A stretch of 63,866 bases of DNA, the filler included, from Guillardia theta CCMP2712 (Eukaryota > Protista > Cryptophyta), in assembly GCF_000315625.1 (NCBI RefSeq). It is 5 parts of 5 records of this genome, joined end to end, with 100 filler letters (N's around TTAATTAATTAA, not from the genome) between each part and the next. Parts side by side here need not be neighbours in the genome. Positions count along the whole stretch, not along the records: positions 1 to 30,621 come from NW_005434428.1; positions 30,722 to 54,267 come from NW_005434408.1; 3 more parts are not named here. The stretch is one strand, 5' to 3'. Below the pieces are notes generated by a model. The model was not told the DNA's origin and did no database searches. It saw only the letters and a program-made list of their open reading frames with translations. Of the stretch, positions 28,715 to 40,237 are shown one piece after another. The translations under genes and the position numbers were made by a program. Numbering within the stretch: the first letter of the stretch is position 1; each line of letters starts with the position of its first letter.

Positions 28715-29698
28715 ATGACAAAGCCCTGCGAGCAATGCTTTGTCTGCAAGCGCTGCAAGCAGCTCAAGGCGCGGAAGCCTGGCTGCACCACCTGCCGCAA
28801 GTGCCCGGATTGCTGGGACACGAGGGTGAGGTGCTGGAGGGCGGTAAGCGACCCTTTCGTGGTTCCGAAGGGGTTGGCGGGACACCAATGCCGCTGGCAG
28901 TGCATCGACTTCGACCTGGCGGGGTGCACCGAGTGCGGGGCGATCCACCGCTGCGACGCGGCGACCTGCCCGGTGTTCGAGGAGGAGGACAGCCACGTCT
29001 GCACCATCACGGGGAACTGCGTGCGGCTGAAGCGCTTCACCCACGACGAGTTTATGGACAACGTGGTCATCTCCGACCTCCCAGGGCCAGTGGAGCGGGA
29101 GATGCGGCTGCTGACGGATGAGCGGGAGGTCAGGGAGAACGTGGAGTGGCTCCTTTCCTCCCGCACGGCGCGGCAGAGCTTCGAGCAGGAGCGCGGCCGC
29201 ATGGAGCAGAAGCACCGGCACCTCCTTTGGAAGCTGCTGCGGGAGATCAAGCTCCGGGGCGGCATACCGAACCTCTGCCAGGTCATGACGCAGATCCTGC
29301 ACGCCACCAACAAGATCCGAGTGTGCAACACCAGCTTCCAACCCGAGCTGAGGCAGGAGGTCGTCGGGCGCTGCGTGTACAGCATCGTGCGCTTCCTGAA
29401 CCTCATGGGCCAGCGCTTCCGCTCCGCGCTCGGCGCGCTCAAGACCTCCACCCTCGTGGTCGGCACGCTGTACCTGATGCGGATGGGGATCTCCATGCAC
29501 AACATCACCCTGCTGCCCCGCATGCCGCAGCTCCAGCTCATCCTCCCGATGGAGACCCACCTCAAGACCTTCTTCCAGATCAAGTGCAAGAGCATCACCG
29601 AGGTCGAGAACCTCATCAAGATGTGCCTGCGTGGCCTGAGCCCCGCCGAGCTTGAGAAGATGGGATTCACCATGGCGGAGGAGGTGCTTGGGATGTAA
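28715..29698 (+). CDS. Zinc-binding protein resembling herpesvirus UL92/ORF31/BDLF4 late-transcription factor (327 aa)
   Basis: CTECGAIHRCDAATC-x8-HVCTITGNC (~28925-29020) fits the CxxCxxxHxCD...C...VCxxTG pattern I recall for the UL92 family; extra N-terminal CxxC repeats and a helical C-terminus. Confidence 0.65.
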   Translation: MTKPCEQCFVCKRCKQLKARKPGCTTCRKCPDCWDTRVRCWRAVSDPFVVPKGLAGHQCRWQCIDFDLAGCTECGAIHRCDAATCPVFEEEDSHVCTITGNCVRLKRFTHDEFMDNVVISDLPGPVEREMRLLTDEREVRENVEWLLSSRTARQSFEQERGRMEQKHRHLLWKLLREIKLRGGIPNLCQVMTQILHATNKIRVCNTSFQPELRQEVVGRCVYSIVRFLNLMGQRFRSALGALKTSTLVVGTLYLMRMGISMHNITLLPRMPQLQLILPMETHLKTFFQIKCKSITEVENLIKMCLRGLSPAELEKMGFTMAEEVLGM

Positions 29699-29755
29699 AA
29701 AAAAACGAGTGTTTTGGCGCAGAGAATGTCAAATGATGTTCCAAGGCTACAATAA

Positions 29756-29941
29756 ATGAGGGCGTGGAGGTACTTCAAGGTCAAGATCATTCCCATCACG
29801 CGGAAGTGTGCCTTCTGCCCGCTCCCCAGGGCGCTGAGGCCGTGGGAGCTGTGCCCCTGTCCCTACCTCAACACTCGCAGGTGCATCTTCGAGAGTGAAT
29901 TAAAGAAAAATGAAAAACGCATGCAGTGTGAAGGGAAGTAA
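29756..29941 (+). CDS. Small Cys-containing hypothetical protein (61 aa)
   Basis: ATG ORF filling the intergenic space, CxxC...CPC. Confidence 0.4.
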   Translation: MRAWRYFKVKIIPITRKCAFCPLPRALRPWELCPCPYLNTRRCIFESELKKNEKRMQCEGK

Positions 29942-29955
29942 ATAATTGAAGTTTA

Positions 29956-30327
29956 TCAGAAAAACCCCCAATGCCTCTTCCTCTTGACCCTGATCACATC
30001 CACCTCCGTCATCGTCACGGGCGCGGTGGACTGCAGCACCTTGACGTGCACGGAGATCCGCTTCCCCTCCACGGGGGCGACGCCGACGTTCTGCACCCGC
30101 ACCGGGTTCGCGTCGCGGATGAGCTGCAGGTCCGTCAGCCCCACCATGGGGCTCGCCGTCTTTGCCAGGATCACAAAGCCGTCCTTGGCCGTCCGCACCT
30201 CGTAGTCCACGAAGCACAGGTCCCTGGAAAGCCCCTGCATCACCGCCAGCACGTTCTCGATCACTGCGCGGTCGTCCGCCTTGATGCCCGACAGCATGCC
30301 GTCGATCGGCAGGATCGAGCTCGACAT
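29956..30327 (-). CDS. Hypothetical protein (123 aa) with C-terminal KRKR NLS-like motif
   Basis: Strong GC3 bias; GTATTTGAAG box 44 nt upstream on the minus strand. Confidence 0.85.
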   Translation of the reverse strand: MSSSILPIDGMLSGIKADDRAVIENVLAVMQGLSRDLCFVDYEVRTAKDGFVILAKTASPMVGLTDLQLIRDANPVRVQNVGVAPVEGKRISVHVKVLQSTAPVTMTEVDVIRVKRKRHWGFF

Positions 30328-30362
30328 ACCGGGGTGTCAATGCGTGTGGGAGGGAAGTCGGG

Positions 30363-30372
30363 CTTCAAATAC
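30363..30372 (-). promoter_or_regulatory. TATT-type box variant GTATTTGAAG
   Basis: Reverse complement of CTTCAAATAC; same 44-nt spacing as the 27691 box. Confidence 0.55.
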
Positions 30373-30621
30373 ATCTCAGGGCACGGCACACAGAAAACAG
30401 AGGTCTTAATATTCGAACGGGTTTTAATGTATCGGTACGCTACACCTACGTTACGTCTACTCAGAAAATCCAGTATAAGTAGACGGCCACGATGATCTGT
30501 ATGCCATACAAGATTCTTACGGCTGATCCGCCTTGTTTAGTCTTGAAAATATCGATATATTTAGGATTCATGTGGCACACCTTTCCATGTGACGGAGGAA
30601 TCGTTTTTAACTCCACCCCAT

Positions 30622-30721
30622 NNNNNNNNNNNNNNNNNNNNNNNNNNNNNNNNNNNNNNNNNNNNTTAATTAATTAANNNNNNNNNNNNNNNNNNNNNNN
30701 NNNNNNNNNNNNNNNNNNNNN
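30622..30721. other. Artificial contig-joining linker (N44-TTAATTAATTAA-N44)
   Basis: Six-frame stop 12-mer at 30666-30677 centred in Ns; recurs identically three more times. Confidence 0.97.
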
Positions 30722-30799
30722 TTAGCCCGCCCGTCCCCCTCCCCCCCCCCTCCTCCCCCCTCCACATCTAGCTCAGCACTGACGCCACTACCAACCTGA

Positions 30800-32960
30800 G
30801 TTACTTCATGAGGACTCGTTTGCCGCTCCTGTACATCATCACATCAGCATCTCTGACCCTTGAAGCAGCTCAGGTTCTCAACGGACCTTGCGGAGGATCT
30901 CGAACAAGAAATCGATGCTCGAAGTCTCCAACTGCAGACAGGAACGTCTCACTGACCCACTACAACACCCCAGACTCCTCCGTCTAACCTTGAGGAAGTG
31001 CATCTTCCCACCAAACACACTGCAGGAGGACAAAGATAGAACGTGTCACGGACTGCAAGGTTGACCCAACATATCGAGACCCAAGAGAATCGGAGAAGTA
31101 CAGCCTCTCGTCTTCACTCCCAACCCTTCCCTCCTGTCATCAGCACATCACAGACGTGACTCGAGCAAGTTCATGTCAACACAACCGAAGTCTGGAAGTA
31201 CTGTCTGAGCCTGTGCGCTTGCTCTGACTTCGGGCCTTGAGCCAGGAGTCCTGGCAGAAACACAATCAGCTCTGTTGGACATTGCAAGCTCGAATTTGTC
31301 AATCTCAAAACGTCCGTCCAGCCCTCCCAAACATATCAGAACTTGCTCATGAACATGGGCACAACAATTCTACAAGCCCATTCTTGCATCTCAACACCAC
31401 AGACCGTTCGAACCTGGCTCCCTGAAGACAATCTTTGCCAGTGTTCCTCCTTCCATGATCATCAAACAGAGTCAACATGGCGGAGAAGGGAAGTGACCGA
31501 TGTCTATCCCGAACAACATCCCTTCGGGAAGAAAGCTGAGTGCAGATCCGTCAGTCAGGTTGTTTCCTGTACATCGTTCCATCTTACCTGTTCCGACCAC
31601 ACGATGGAGAGGACGTTCTTGGAAGCAACTCGGCTCTGATATCATCCAAAGATCTTTTCCCCACAGCCGTCAACAGCACAAACAAACAGTCATCAACAAG
31701 TACCTTGAACGCGACCTCCTCCCATCTCTGGTGCAAGACAAAGGAAGGGCCAGTCAGACAACTCAAGTTCGTCGGGGCAAGAGACGGGCTCACCTCCGGT
31801 ACAGCTTCAGCCGCGCATCGTTATCGTTGTCTTCGTCTAGGCCCCTCATCTTCACTCTACAGTCAGCTCCGTGCCACGGCTCTCGTTCCCTCCTCCCACT
31901 CACCTCCAGGCCGTTCAACGCCTCCTGCGAGTTCGATCGCGAGGCACTGTTACCATCTGCCAACAACCCCGTCACATGACCACAGCGCTCAATGGCAACA
32001 ACAAGGATCGGATCATGTCACAGAGGAGAGAAAGGAGGCAGGAAGGAGGAAAGGATTGATCTCACGAGGAGGAGACGAGGAAACGAATCATGTTTCACCA
32101 GGAGGAGAAGACGAATGTTCAGTATCAACTCACCAGCCTCGCCGTTCTTGAACGCGCAGTTGCTCTTCGCAGCACTGGATCGCAGCTCATCCTCCCATCG
32201 CACACAAGGACTCGTCCTCTTTACCCGCGTTGCTCCTTGAACGCTTTCTCGTCGTTGACGTGTTGCATGCTCTCCAAGCTTGAAAGAGGAGGACTTGCGC
32301 CGTCGCCACTGCTCAGCATGATCCAGGTCATTCCTCAACCTGGCAAGACATGCAACAATGGAAATCTCACATGTCACAACAATTAGCAAGCAAGATCAGC
32401 CAGAGAAATGCATCCCTGCGAAAAAATTTCACAGATCCATCGCAATCGCAGCAGGATCCCACCGTCTTCGCGTTCTGCCACAACCTCTCGAAAGCCCCAA
32501 AAGCTTTCCTGTTGCGCTCTTGTAGAACAATATCTTTCAATTCCTGCAAGCTGCCCGAAGTGTCATCCCTTGACAGCAGCATTTAAATGGTCAAGTGTGA
32601 AAAGTTTAGGTCGGAAGCTGAAAACATCTTTGGGCTGATCGAGGTGCCACCATGCAAAACATACAGTAGCAACGGGAATTCCATTAGACATTGAGTCTGC
32701 TCCTACAACCAATTTGGAAGTGTGAACGTAATAGAGTGATCCTAGCACATCCTGTGTTGAATCATTCCATCCTGCCGCACTATCTATTGCTCTTCCATCC
32801 CATTAGTGACACACTCCTGCTCCTGCTCCTGCTGCAGCTCCTGCTGCTGCTCTCGCTCCTGCTGCTGCTCTCGCTCCTGCTGCAGCTACTGCTCTCGCTC
32901 CTGCTGCAGCTACTGCTCTCGCTCCTGCTGCAGCTACTGCTCTCGCTCCTGCTGCAGCTA

Positions 32961-32992
<32 letters not shown>

Positions 32993-33030
32993 CCTGCTCC
33001 TGAATGAAACCATTCGGTGCGCATCAACGC
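30800..33030 (-). CDS. Multi-exon host gene of unknown function (exon structure not resolved)
   Basis: Series of short minus-strand coding-like segments separated by ~50-nt GT-AG intron-like gaps. Confidence 0.35.
32815..33000. repeat. CTG/CTC-based minisatellite (24-bp CTCTCGCTCCTGCTGCAGCTACTG units)
   Basis: Seen directly. Confidence 0.85.
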
Positions 33031-33759
33031 AACAAAAACATTTTATCACACCCCTCATTTTGCTATCTAAGTGACTTCACCGGTCATCAATTTTAGTACC
33101 AGGAAATTGATATGTTCGGGTCGTGTTAATATTGTCAAAGATTATTTGAATATTTCAATATTTAGAACATAATTATAAAATATTTGTGGAAATCATTTAA
33201 ATCTTTCCTTCGTTCGACCTAGCTGTTCCATGATTCCACCACCCCACCACCACCCCTTCTCTGATGTAAATGTACCCCGTAGGTTGAATTCAGTACCCCC
33301 ACCCCCTATCTTTACATGATAGCACCCCTGCACTGCCCATAACCTAGACCCTACCTTCAGGTCAATTCCATGACCCCATCACATCCTCATGGTACCCCAA
33401 ATATCAGAGGAAAATAATATACAAGTACCGGTATATCGTATGACCCCTACCCTGTACTTACTACCCCCTACCCACCATGATTGTTCCCCCACCAGCCGTC
33501 AGCACTGCTGTCAGCAGAGGGGCTGTATGAGTGGAAGAAGGACCTAAATCAAGGGTAGTAAAGGTATGAAATGTTCTAATTGAGCTCTTAGGAAATAAAC
33601 ATTATGGTATTACCCCATTGCTATGAGAGGAGAGGAGTGCTGAATGAGGGATGTGATACTGTATGAGGGATTTCGTACTGTATGAGGGGTGCAGCGTCGT
33701 AAAAGGATCAAGAAAAATGCCGCGAAAATGCCTTCAATGCGAGGTGAGCTGGATGGAAG

Positions 33760-33930
33760 AGGAGGATGGGGAGGAGGAGTAGGAGTAGGACGAGGAGTAG
33801 GACGAGAACGAGGACGAGGAGGACGAGGAGGACGAGGAGGACGAGGAGGACGAGGAGGAGGACGAGGAGGACGAGGAGGACGAGGACGAGGAGGACAAGG
33901 AGGACGAGGAGGACGAGGAGGACTAGGAGC
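33760..33930. repeat. (GAGGAC/GAGGAG)n simple repeat
   Basis: Seen directly. Confidence 0.9.
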
Positions 33931-35392
33931 AGGAGGATGGGGAGGTTGGTGACGACGACGAGGACTAAAAGGGACGAGAAGGAGGATGAGGAGGAAGAAG
34001 GAACGGAACGGAACAGAACGGAGGGAGGAGAGACTAGCATGGATGAGACGAGGGAAGGCGGGGGTTCGAGATGGGACGGGAGCCACCTACAGGTCCAGCT
34101 GGTGTGTTACGATCTGCACCCCCTTGGATCAAGTAGGGCGCGAGGCTTCCTGCTTCCTTACGCATCATGAGCATCTCCTCCTCTCTTCTATCCATTACTA
34201 TGATCTCCTCCTTCCTCCACGAATCGCTCCTCGCGACCTCCATCGCTCCTCCCCACCCCTCCATAGTTTGCTGCCCTATATTGAGCCGGAGCGCTCGGTA
34301 GGTGCTGTTGTTGTTGGGTTGACGTTCCGATGCGAGCAGGTGGCGATAGAACCAGGAGTAACAGACAAGCGGAAGTGTGTAAGTTGGATGCCTTGCAGTC
34401 TCCTCCCTTCCCGCTGAGATCTGTTGCAGACGGTGCGTTGCTCCTCTAAGACTTCACATGTCCCCCCCTGAAACCGCCTTGCGGCATGGGAGGGGTTCCT
34501 GTCTACTCTCAGTGACGTCGTCGTCGTCAGGCGGTCAGTTGAGTTGGTGTTGGTGACTGTGACTGAAGGAGAACGATGCAGGGGGTAAGAACAGAGTGTA
34601 CAAGGAGTCTCTGATGTCTGACTGTCCCCTTCCCGGCCTGACTATCTTGCCCTGCGATCACATGTGCAGCTGGTGGGTTTTGTTCCTCTGTTGTTGAGGT
34701 CACGTTTGACGTCCTTGCGGCAGAATGTACGTCTGAATCCACCTGCTGCTGTCTTGCTGACTGGAACCTTCCTCGATCCCTGTCAACCTTGCGTGCTCGG
34801 GCGACTGGTCATGGCAGAAGGTGGGCTTGTAGCTACTACCAGTGACCTCTGACACTTCTGTGCTTGACATGCAGGAGGTATCCTATCTCATCTTAACAAG
34901 TCCATCTCTGAGTGATCTGCCGGGACTTGCTCTAACAACCCGATGCATCGACGTCTGCGTCGACAGAAGGTGGTCAATTGTTCAAGCCCTATGGTGTAGT
35001 CTTTTCACTGACTAAGAGCAAACTTGCATGTTTCCTTCATGTTATATCAGCTGGCAAGTCCTGTCATGCTCTTCTGAGTGTTCTTCACCTGACTCCGCGT
35101 CTTGTCGCATCGAACTTCTGGACCAACACCAACAGTGCTGCGTGAGCGCAGGATTGAGTTACTGTGACATGTTTGCCTGACGTTTCTTGTTTGCTAGAAC
35201 GTGATTGAGCTTATCACCTTTGCGACATGTCCTGATGTTTGCTTTCTGCACTCCTGCTCTTCACTCGATCTCGACTTCAGTGTGTAAGACCTGCTTCTTC
35301 TCTCTCCTTACACGTTGAGCTCCACCCGGCAGGCCAAGAGTCGAGGTTGGAACGGCTTCCACCAGGTTCTCCTTGTCTCCCGTCACGATTGA

Positions 35393-37897
35393 GTGTTGAG
35401 AAACGCGGCAAAGCTCGCCTGCCTGCGATGCAGATCCCTCAAGTCGGAGCAGCGGGGTCAGGAGCAGACGCTGGATCAGGATCAGACGCAGGAGCAGGGG
35501 CAGACGCTGGATCAGGAGCAGGAGGGGAGAGGGAGGCTCGAAGGAGAAGGGAAGGAGCAGGATTGTCAAGTATTTCCTGAAGAATGTCATCGGCAGGTTG
35601 ATGGGGAAATTTATGAGGAGAATGGATTCACTTCCTTTCAGGTCGGAGGAGGCGACAGTCAAGGAGAGCCGGCGGCGAGTCGCGGGGTCGTGAGAAACGT
35701 GAGGCTGATAGACTAGGTGTGGAGACTGATGGGAGGGCAGGAGGAGGGGAGGGGAGCAGACGAGGAGCAGGGGGAGCACGGGCAGGGCGCACCGGGGGAG
35801 GGGCCCGTGTCGACGAGAGCCGCTGCGTCTCCTGACAGGATCGAGGGGACACCCCCGACGCGGAGCAGGAGAAGCTCGGGGGTGTCCAGCTCAGCTGAGA
35901 AATCAACGGGTCGGGCGAAGAAGAGTCCAGCTACACCCGGTCTGTCACCGGATGGGGGTCTGGATGAGATACGACAGGGGCTGGCCAAGGCGGAGCTGAA
36001 GGAGAAGGAGGTAGAGGAAGTGATAGAGAAGATGAAGAGCCTTGGGGTGAGGGGAAAGAAAGACATCAAGTTTGTGCGGGAGCTTATCGATATCAAAACG
36101 CTCGACCTTACGGAGATGTCCAAGTTAAGGGTTGAAAAGTATCTAAAGAGGTTTGCCAGGAAGAAGAAGGTACTTTCCCTTGCTACCGCCCTCTCCTAAC
36201 CCCTGACCTCTCTGCCAACAGCCTGCCAGCCCTGGGGAAGAAGAGAGCTTGTTTCGAAGGTCGCTGAAGCAATTTGACGTCCATTTGAACGTGCAGTCTT
36301 GCATGTTCAGTTCACGGATGGCGGAGGACTTTCCAGGGTGGAACTTGCAGGAGGAAAAGAGCATTGAGGATCGGCAAAGAACTTCTGTCAACGAACTCTA
36401 TGAGAGGCTGAAATCTTGTGACGACAATCTAGAGGTTGACTTTCTCTACCTCCTCACAGTGTCATGGTGTCTCTCACGTTGCGATCCTGTGAGAATGTTT
36501 GCTTCTCCTGTTTCAACGTGTATTATTCGAATGCCAATGTTTCCGATTCCTATCTTGACATGTACAACTCCACTCATTTGCTTGTCCAACAATCATATTT
36601 CCTTCCTTCTTCCTCCTCCTCCCCTCCCTCCTCCCCTCCTCCTTCTCCTCCTCCTCCTCCTAACTCCACGTGGGACACCCCTCTTCCTCACACCCTGTCG
36701 CAGGTGCTTGGCTTCAACGAGTTCCCCTACACCTGCGGAGGAAGTTTGAAGAGGGAGGAGTGGAGGATCGAGCGAGAGGTGTGGTTCCTGCTGCGAGCTA
36801 CGAGCGAGGGCGTCCCTCCCACGTACATAGTCTTCCACCTCCTCTTCGCAGGCATGTGGAGGGAGAGCAGGGAGGAAAGAGACTGCTCGGTCGTTGGCAA
36901 GGTCCGAATGCGGAGCTCAACTAAGGTGAGAAGCAAGAAGCACTATGTCAAGTGCACCGATACCACCAAGTGGGACAGTGCTGGGGGCGGGCTGGACCTG
37001 CGCAGCAGCTCCATGGCAAGATGGAGGTGGAGAGAGGGAGCGGAAGGGGAGGAGAGCATGGCCAAGGTCCGCGGCTGGCTGGTGCGGGCGGAGCAGGAGG
37101 CACCCTTTGCGCAAGCAGTGACCGTTGGCCCATGTTGGAACCTCGCGGGGACGAGGAGGAGAGCAGCTCTGATAGTCTGCAACCAAGCCTACCGCAGGGC
37201 AAGGTGCTTCCCCGAGCTGTACAACCCCGTCCCTGATGGGCGACAGCTGGGGGAGGTACTGGAGGAGCTAGGATGGAAGGTGGAGTTCAGGGTCGACCTG
37301 AACCTTGAGGAGCTGGTCGGTGCCGTCCGCTGCTTCCGGGACGCGATCGGAGACAACGAGAGCGCTGCTATGCTCGCGTTCGTGGGTCATGGAGTGGAGG
37401 TGCACGGAAAGCTGTTCCTCCTCCCCACCGACATCCAGCTCGAAGTCGACAACTACTTCCAGAGGGAAAAAGACCTTGCGGCCGACCTTGCTCGCTGCTC
37501 CCTCTCCTTCGATGCTGTTCAGTCGGAGCTCCGGGGCCGCAACGGGACCTGCCCGACCCTCTTCGTGCTGGACTGCTGCCGGAGCAGCAACAACAGCCGG
37601 TCCCCCATCTTCCAACCCTCGACGACAGTTCAGAACCTTGAGCTGAAAAACTCCTGTATCATCTACTCAACCCAGTCGGGCCAGGTGGCGCTGGAGGGGG
37701 CGCCGGGGGACGGGGGCCCGTTCATGTCGGCGTTTGCGGGTGAGCTGAGAAAGGAGGAGGCGGAGCTGAACCAGGTCTTGATCGAGACTAGAAAGATCGT
37801 TATGAACAGCACAGGGGGAGCGCAGATGGCGCCGAATCAGTCGCTGCTCCTAGAGCAGTTCTTCTTCTGCCCTCCGGAGATAGCCGCCTGCCTCTGA
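35393..37897 (+). CDS. Multi-exon gene ending in a peptidase C14 (caspase/paracaspase-like) domain
   Basis: Last exon: RAALIVCNQAY...L.NPV.DG..L...LEELGW, catalytic GHG (His codon 37388) and LDCCR (Cys codon 37577), YSTQSGQVA, GPF. Upstream exons (~35717-36169, ~36222-36433) are inferred from GT-AG sites and are less certain. Confidence 0.8.
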
Positions 37898-38555
37898 AGG
37901 GGGGGGGGAGGGAGTCGCCGCCTCGTCCACCGTCACGGCCCGGTGAAGCCTCGGACCGTGGGCTTGAAGTCTCAGTGTGACTATGAGATTTTTTAAGTTT
38001 TACACAACTTCGCGGCAGTGGGAGGCAAAGCGTATATATGATAGCCATGATACTAATAATCGTGACACTACTGAGTGTATGAGCCCGGGCCGTCATTATG
38101 TGACCGGGGACTTCGGAACTTCGGACTTAGTAAGTTAGCCTAGTAGACTGGTGACGGCCCGATCATCACGATGACTCCGGCGGCAACCCAGTGGTCTCAC
38201 GGCCCAGTGTGAGTCAAGGGCTGGGCCCCCGCGAGCGAGATGATCTCGGAGCTGAGTAGCACCAATAAGGAAGGCAAACCGGAGCAAACAAAGGAGGACG
38301 AGGATAGGAGGCGAGGGTCCCCATCCTGCCAGTGCCACCGCCTCCCGAGCGCATCCATCGCACTCCGCTGTCAGCGTAGCTCCATGGTGATCCGCCAGGT
38401 ACCAGAGACTGAGAAGACCATCCGTACCTGCAGTGAAGGGAAGAAACGAATGGAATTAGGGGGGATGAGGGCACAATTAACGGCAGCAACTTGGCCATGC
38501 AAGGCAAATTTCCTCGGATGCAGAGCAGAGGGGGAGGGGGAGAGGGGAGGAAGAG

Positions 38556-38622
38556 GAGCAGAGCAGAGCAGAGCAGAGCAGAGCAGAGCAGAGCAGAGCA
38601 GAGCAGAGCAGAGCAGAGCAGA
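38556..38622. repeat. (AGAGC)n pentanucleotide microsatellite
   Basis: Seen directly; same family at ~48503-48695. Confidence 0.9.
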
Positions 38623-40237
38623 GGAGGAGAGGAAGGGCAGACCACTGCCCAGGTGTGATGCAGGTGGACTCGGGAAGCGAAGAATGTTGGGACTAGGATA
38701 AGAGACGAAAGGGGAGGGAGGCAGTGGATTAGACGACAAGGAGAACAGGCAGGAAAGAATGCAGAACGATTCGAAGTATACAGAGAGAGAAAGAGGGAGG
38801 AAGTGGGAGAGAGGGAGGGAGAGCGAGGGAAGGAGAGGGAGGGGGGGAGGGGGAGAGAGAGAGATAGGGAGGGAAGGAGGGAGAGACATGAAGGATCGCA
38901 GGTAGAGGGCAAGAGGATGTTTCGAGAGGAAGGAGCGAGAGTACTTCATCTTATCAGCACCTCTGACGCTTCTCCAACTCTCAGCCTTGTTGCTGCTTCC
39001 CAGCCAGCGCATCAATCTTCTCCTCCCTCAAACAACGTTGATCAACAGCAACTCGTGTCGTTCTAGAGGAGGAGGAGAAGGAGGAGAGGGAGGAGGAGGA
39101 GCTGGGATTAACCAAGAGGTGGAACAAACTATCTTGTAGCATGGCAGCTCGACACGGAGCGGGGGAGGAGGAGAATGTTCTGCCGACGTTCCATGTGGCG
39201 ATAGCAGGGTGGGACCCCTTGTCTAAGTCAGGGAGAGGCATCGAAAGAGCACTGGAGGAAGCGCAGGAAAGGATGTCAGGAGCGAACTCGAGACAGAGGG
39301 CCATGGAAGAATCGGAAAGGAGATGGAAGGTTGTTTTGACTCAAGCTCAGTCCTCAACTGACTTGATCGCTCTTCCTTCTTTCTTTCCTTGCGACGCCTT
39401 CTCCTTCTCCTCCTCCTGCTCCTCCTGCTCTTTCTACTGCTCCTTCTGCTCCTTCTGCTCCTCCTGCTCTCCTTCCTTCTTGCTGTGCTGTGTCCCTACC
39501 TTCCCGTCTCTCTCTCCTGTTCTTCCTTTTTTCTCTCCTTCCCCCTCCCCACCCCACTTCACCCCTGTCTTCTCCCCTCCTCCCTCCCTCCCTCCCTCCC
39601 TCCCTCCCCTTCCCCCTTCCCTCCCTCCCCCTCCCCTTCCCTTCCCCTCCCCCTTCCCCCTCCCCTCCCCTCCCCCCCTCCCCCCCCCTCCCCTCCCTCC
39701 CCTCCCCTCCCTCTTTCGTCTTCTTCACCTTCTCCTGCTGACTGCCCCCCCCTTCTCTCCCCCCCATCCCTCCTCCCCCCAACGCCCCTCCTCTTATCCT
39801 TTTTCCTCCTGTCTCACCCGCAACAAGGCTGACGTACGGACCCGATGTCCGACCCGAGGGGCGATGTGCTCGCCTATGAGGCGATACTCCTCGGGATAGC
39901 ACCACTCCCCCTCTGCTCAACAGCGTGAAAGACAGCCACAGCTTTCATGATGCTGGTGTGAGCGATGGGGGTGACAAGGATAAAGAGGACAAGGGAGAAT
40001 GGAGGACGAGGATAAAGAGGTGGAGGCGGAGGAGAGAGGACAGAGGTGAAGAGGTGGAGAAGGAGGAGGGGGAAGAGATACATGAAATGCAGCCTATGTC
40101 AACACTATACATTCATCACATGTTGCTTGACTGATGTGAAATACAACGATGTGTGGTTTAAGTTGCACTTCACAATGACAAGCCAAGAGAGATCGATCAA
40201 ACACCCATCAGATTGAACGTAATCGGATTAAACACCA

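Larger units (their letters stand above)
1..30621. mobile_element. Contig derived from a large eukaryotic dsDNA virus (endogenous viral element or co-assembled virus; mirusvirus/giant-virus-like)
   Basis: Tightly packed, apparently intronless ORFs with short AT-rich spacers, TATA/TATT boxes and AATAAA/ATTAAA after stops (27632, 28019, 29751). UL92-like zinc protein, giant Cys-rich membrane ORF and mostly unrecognisable ORFs. Sharp contrast with the intron-rich host pieces. No capsid, terminase or polymerase gene in view. Confidence 0.75.

Noticed and set aside
30622-30721. Virus-host integration junction at the sharp change in sequence style
   Set aside because: The change coincides with an artificial N-TTAATTAATTAA-N linker, so adjacency is not biological; the same applies to the other three linkers.
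33610-34170. RGG-, poly-Leu- or RT-rich proteins (likewise 32691-33074, 39354-39920, 48091-48903, 52001-52632)
   Set aside because: Translations of microsatellites that are open in several frames at once; no evidence that they are coding.
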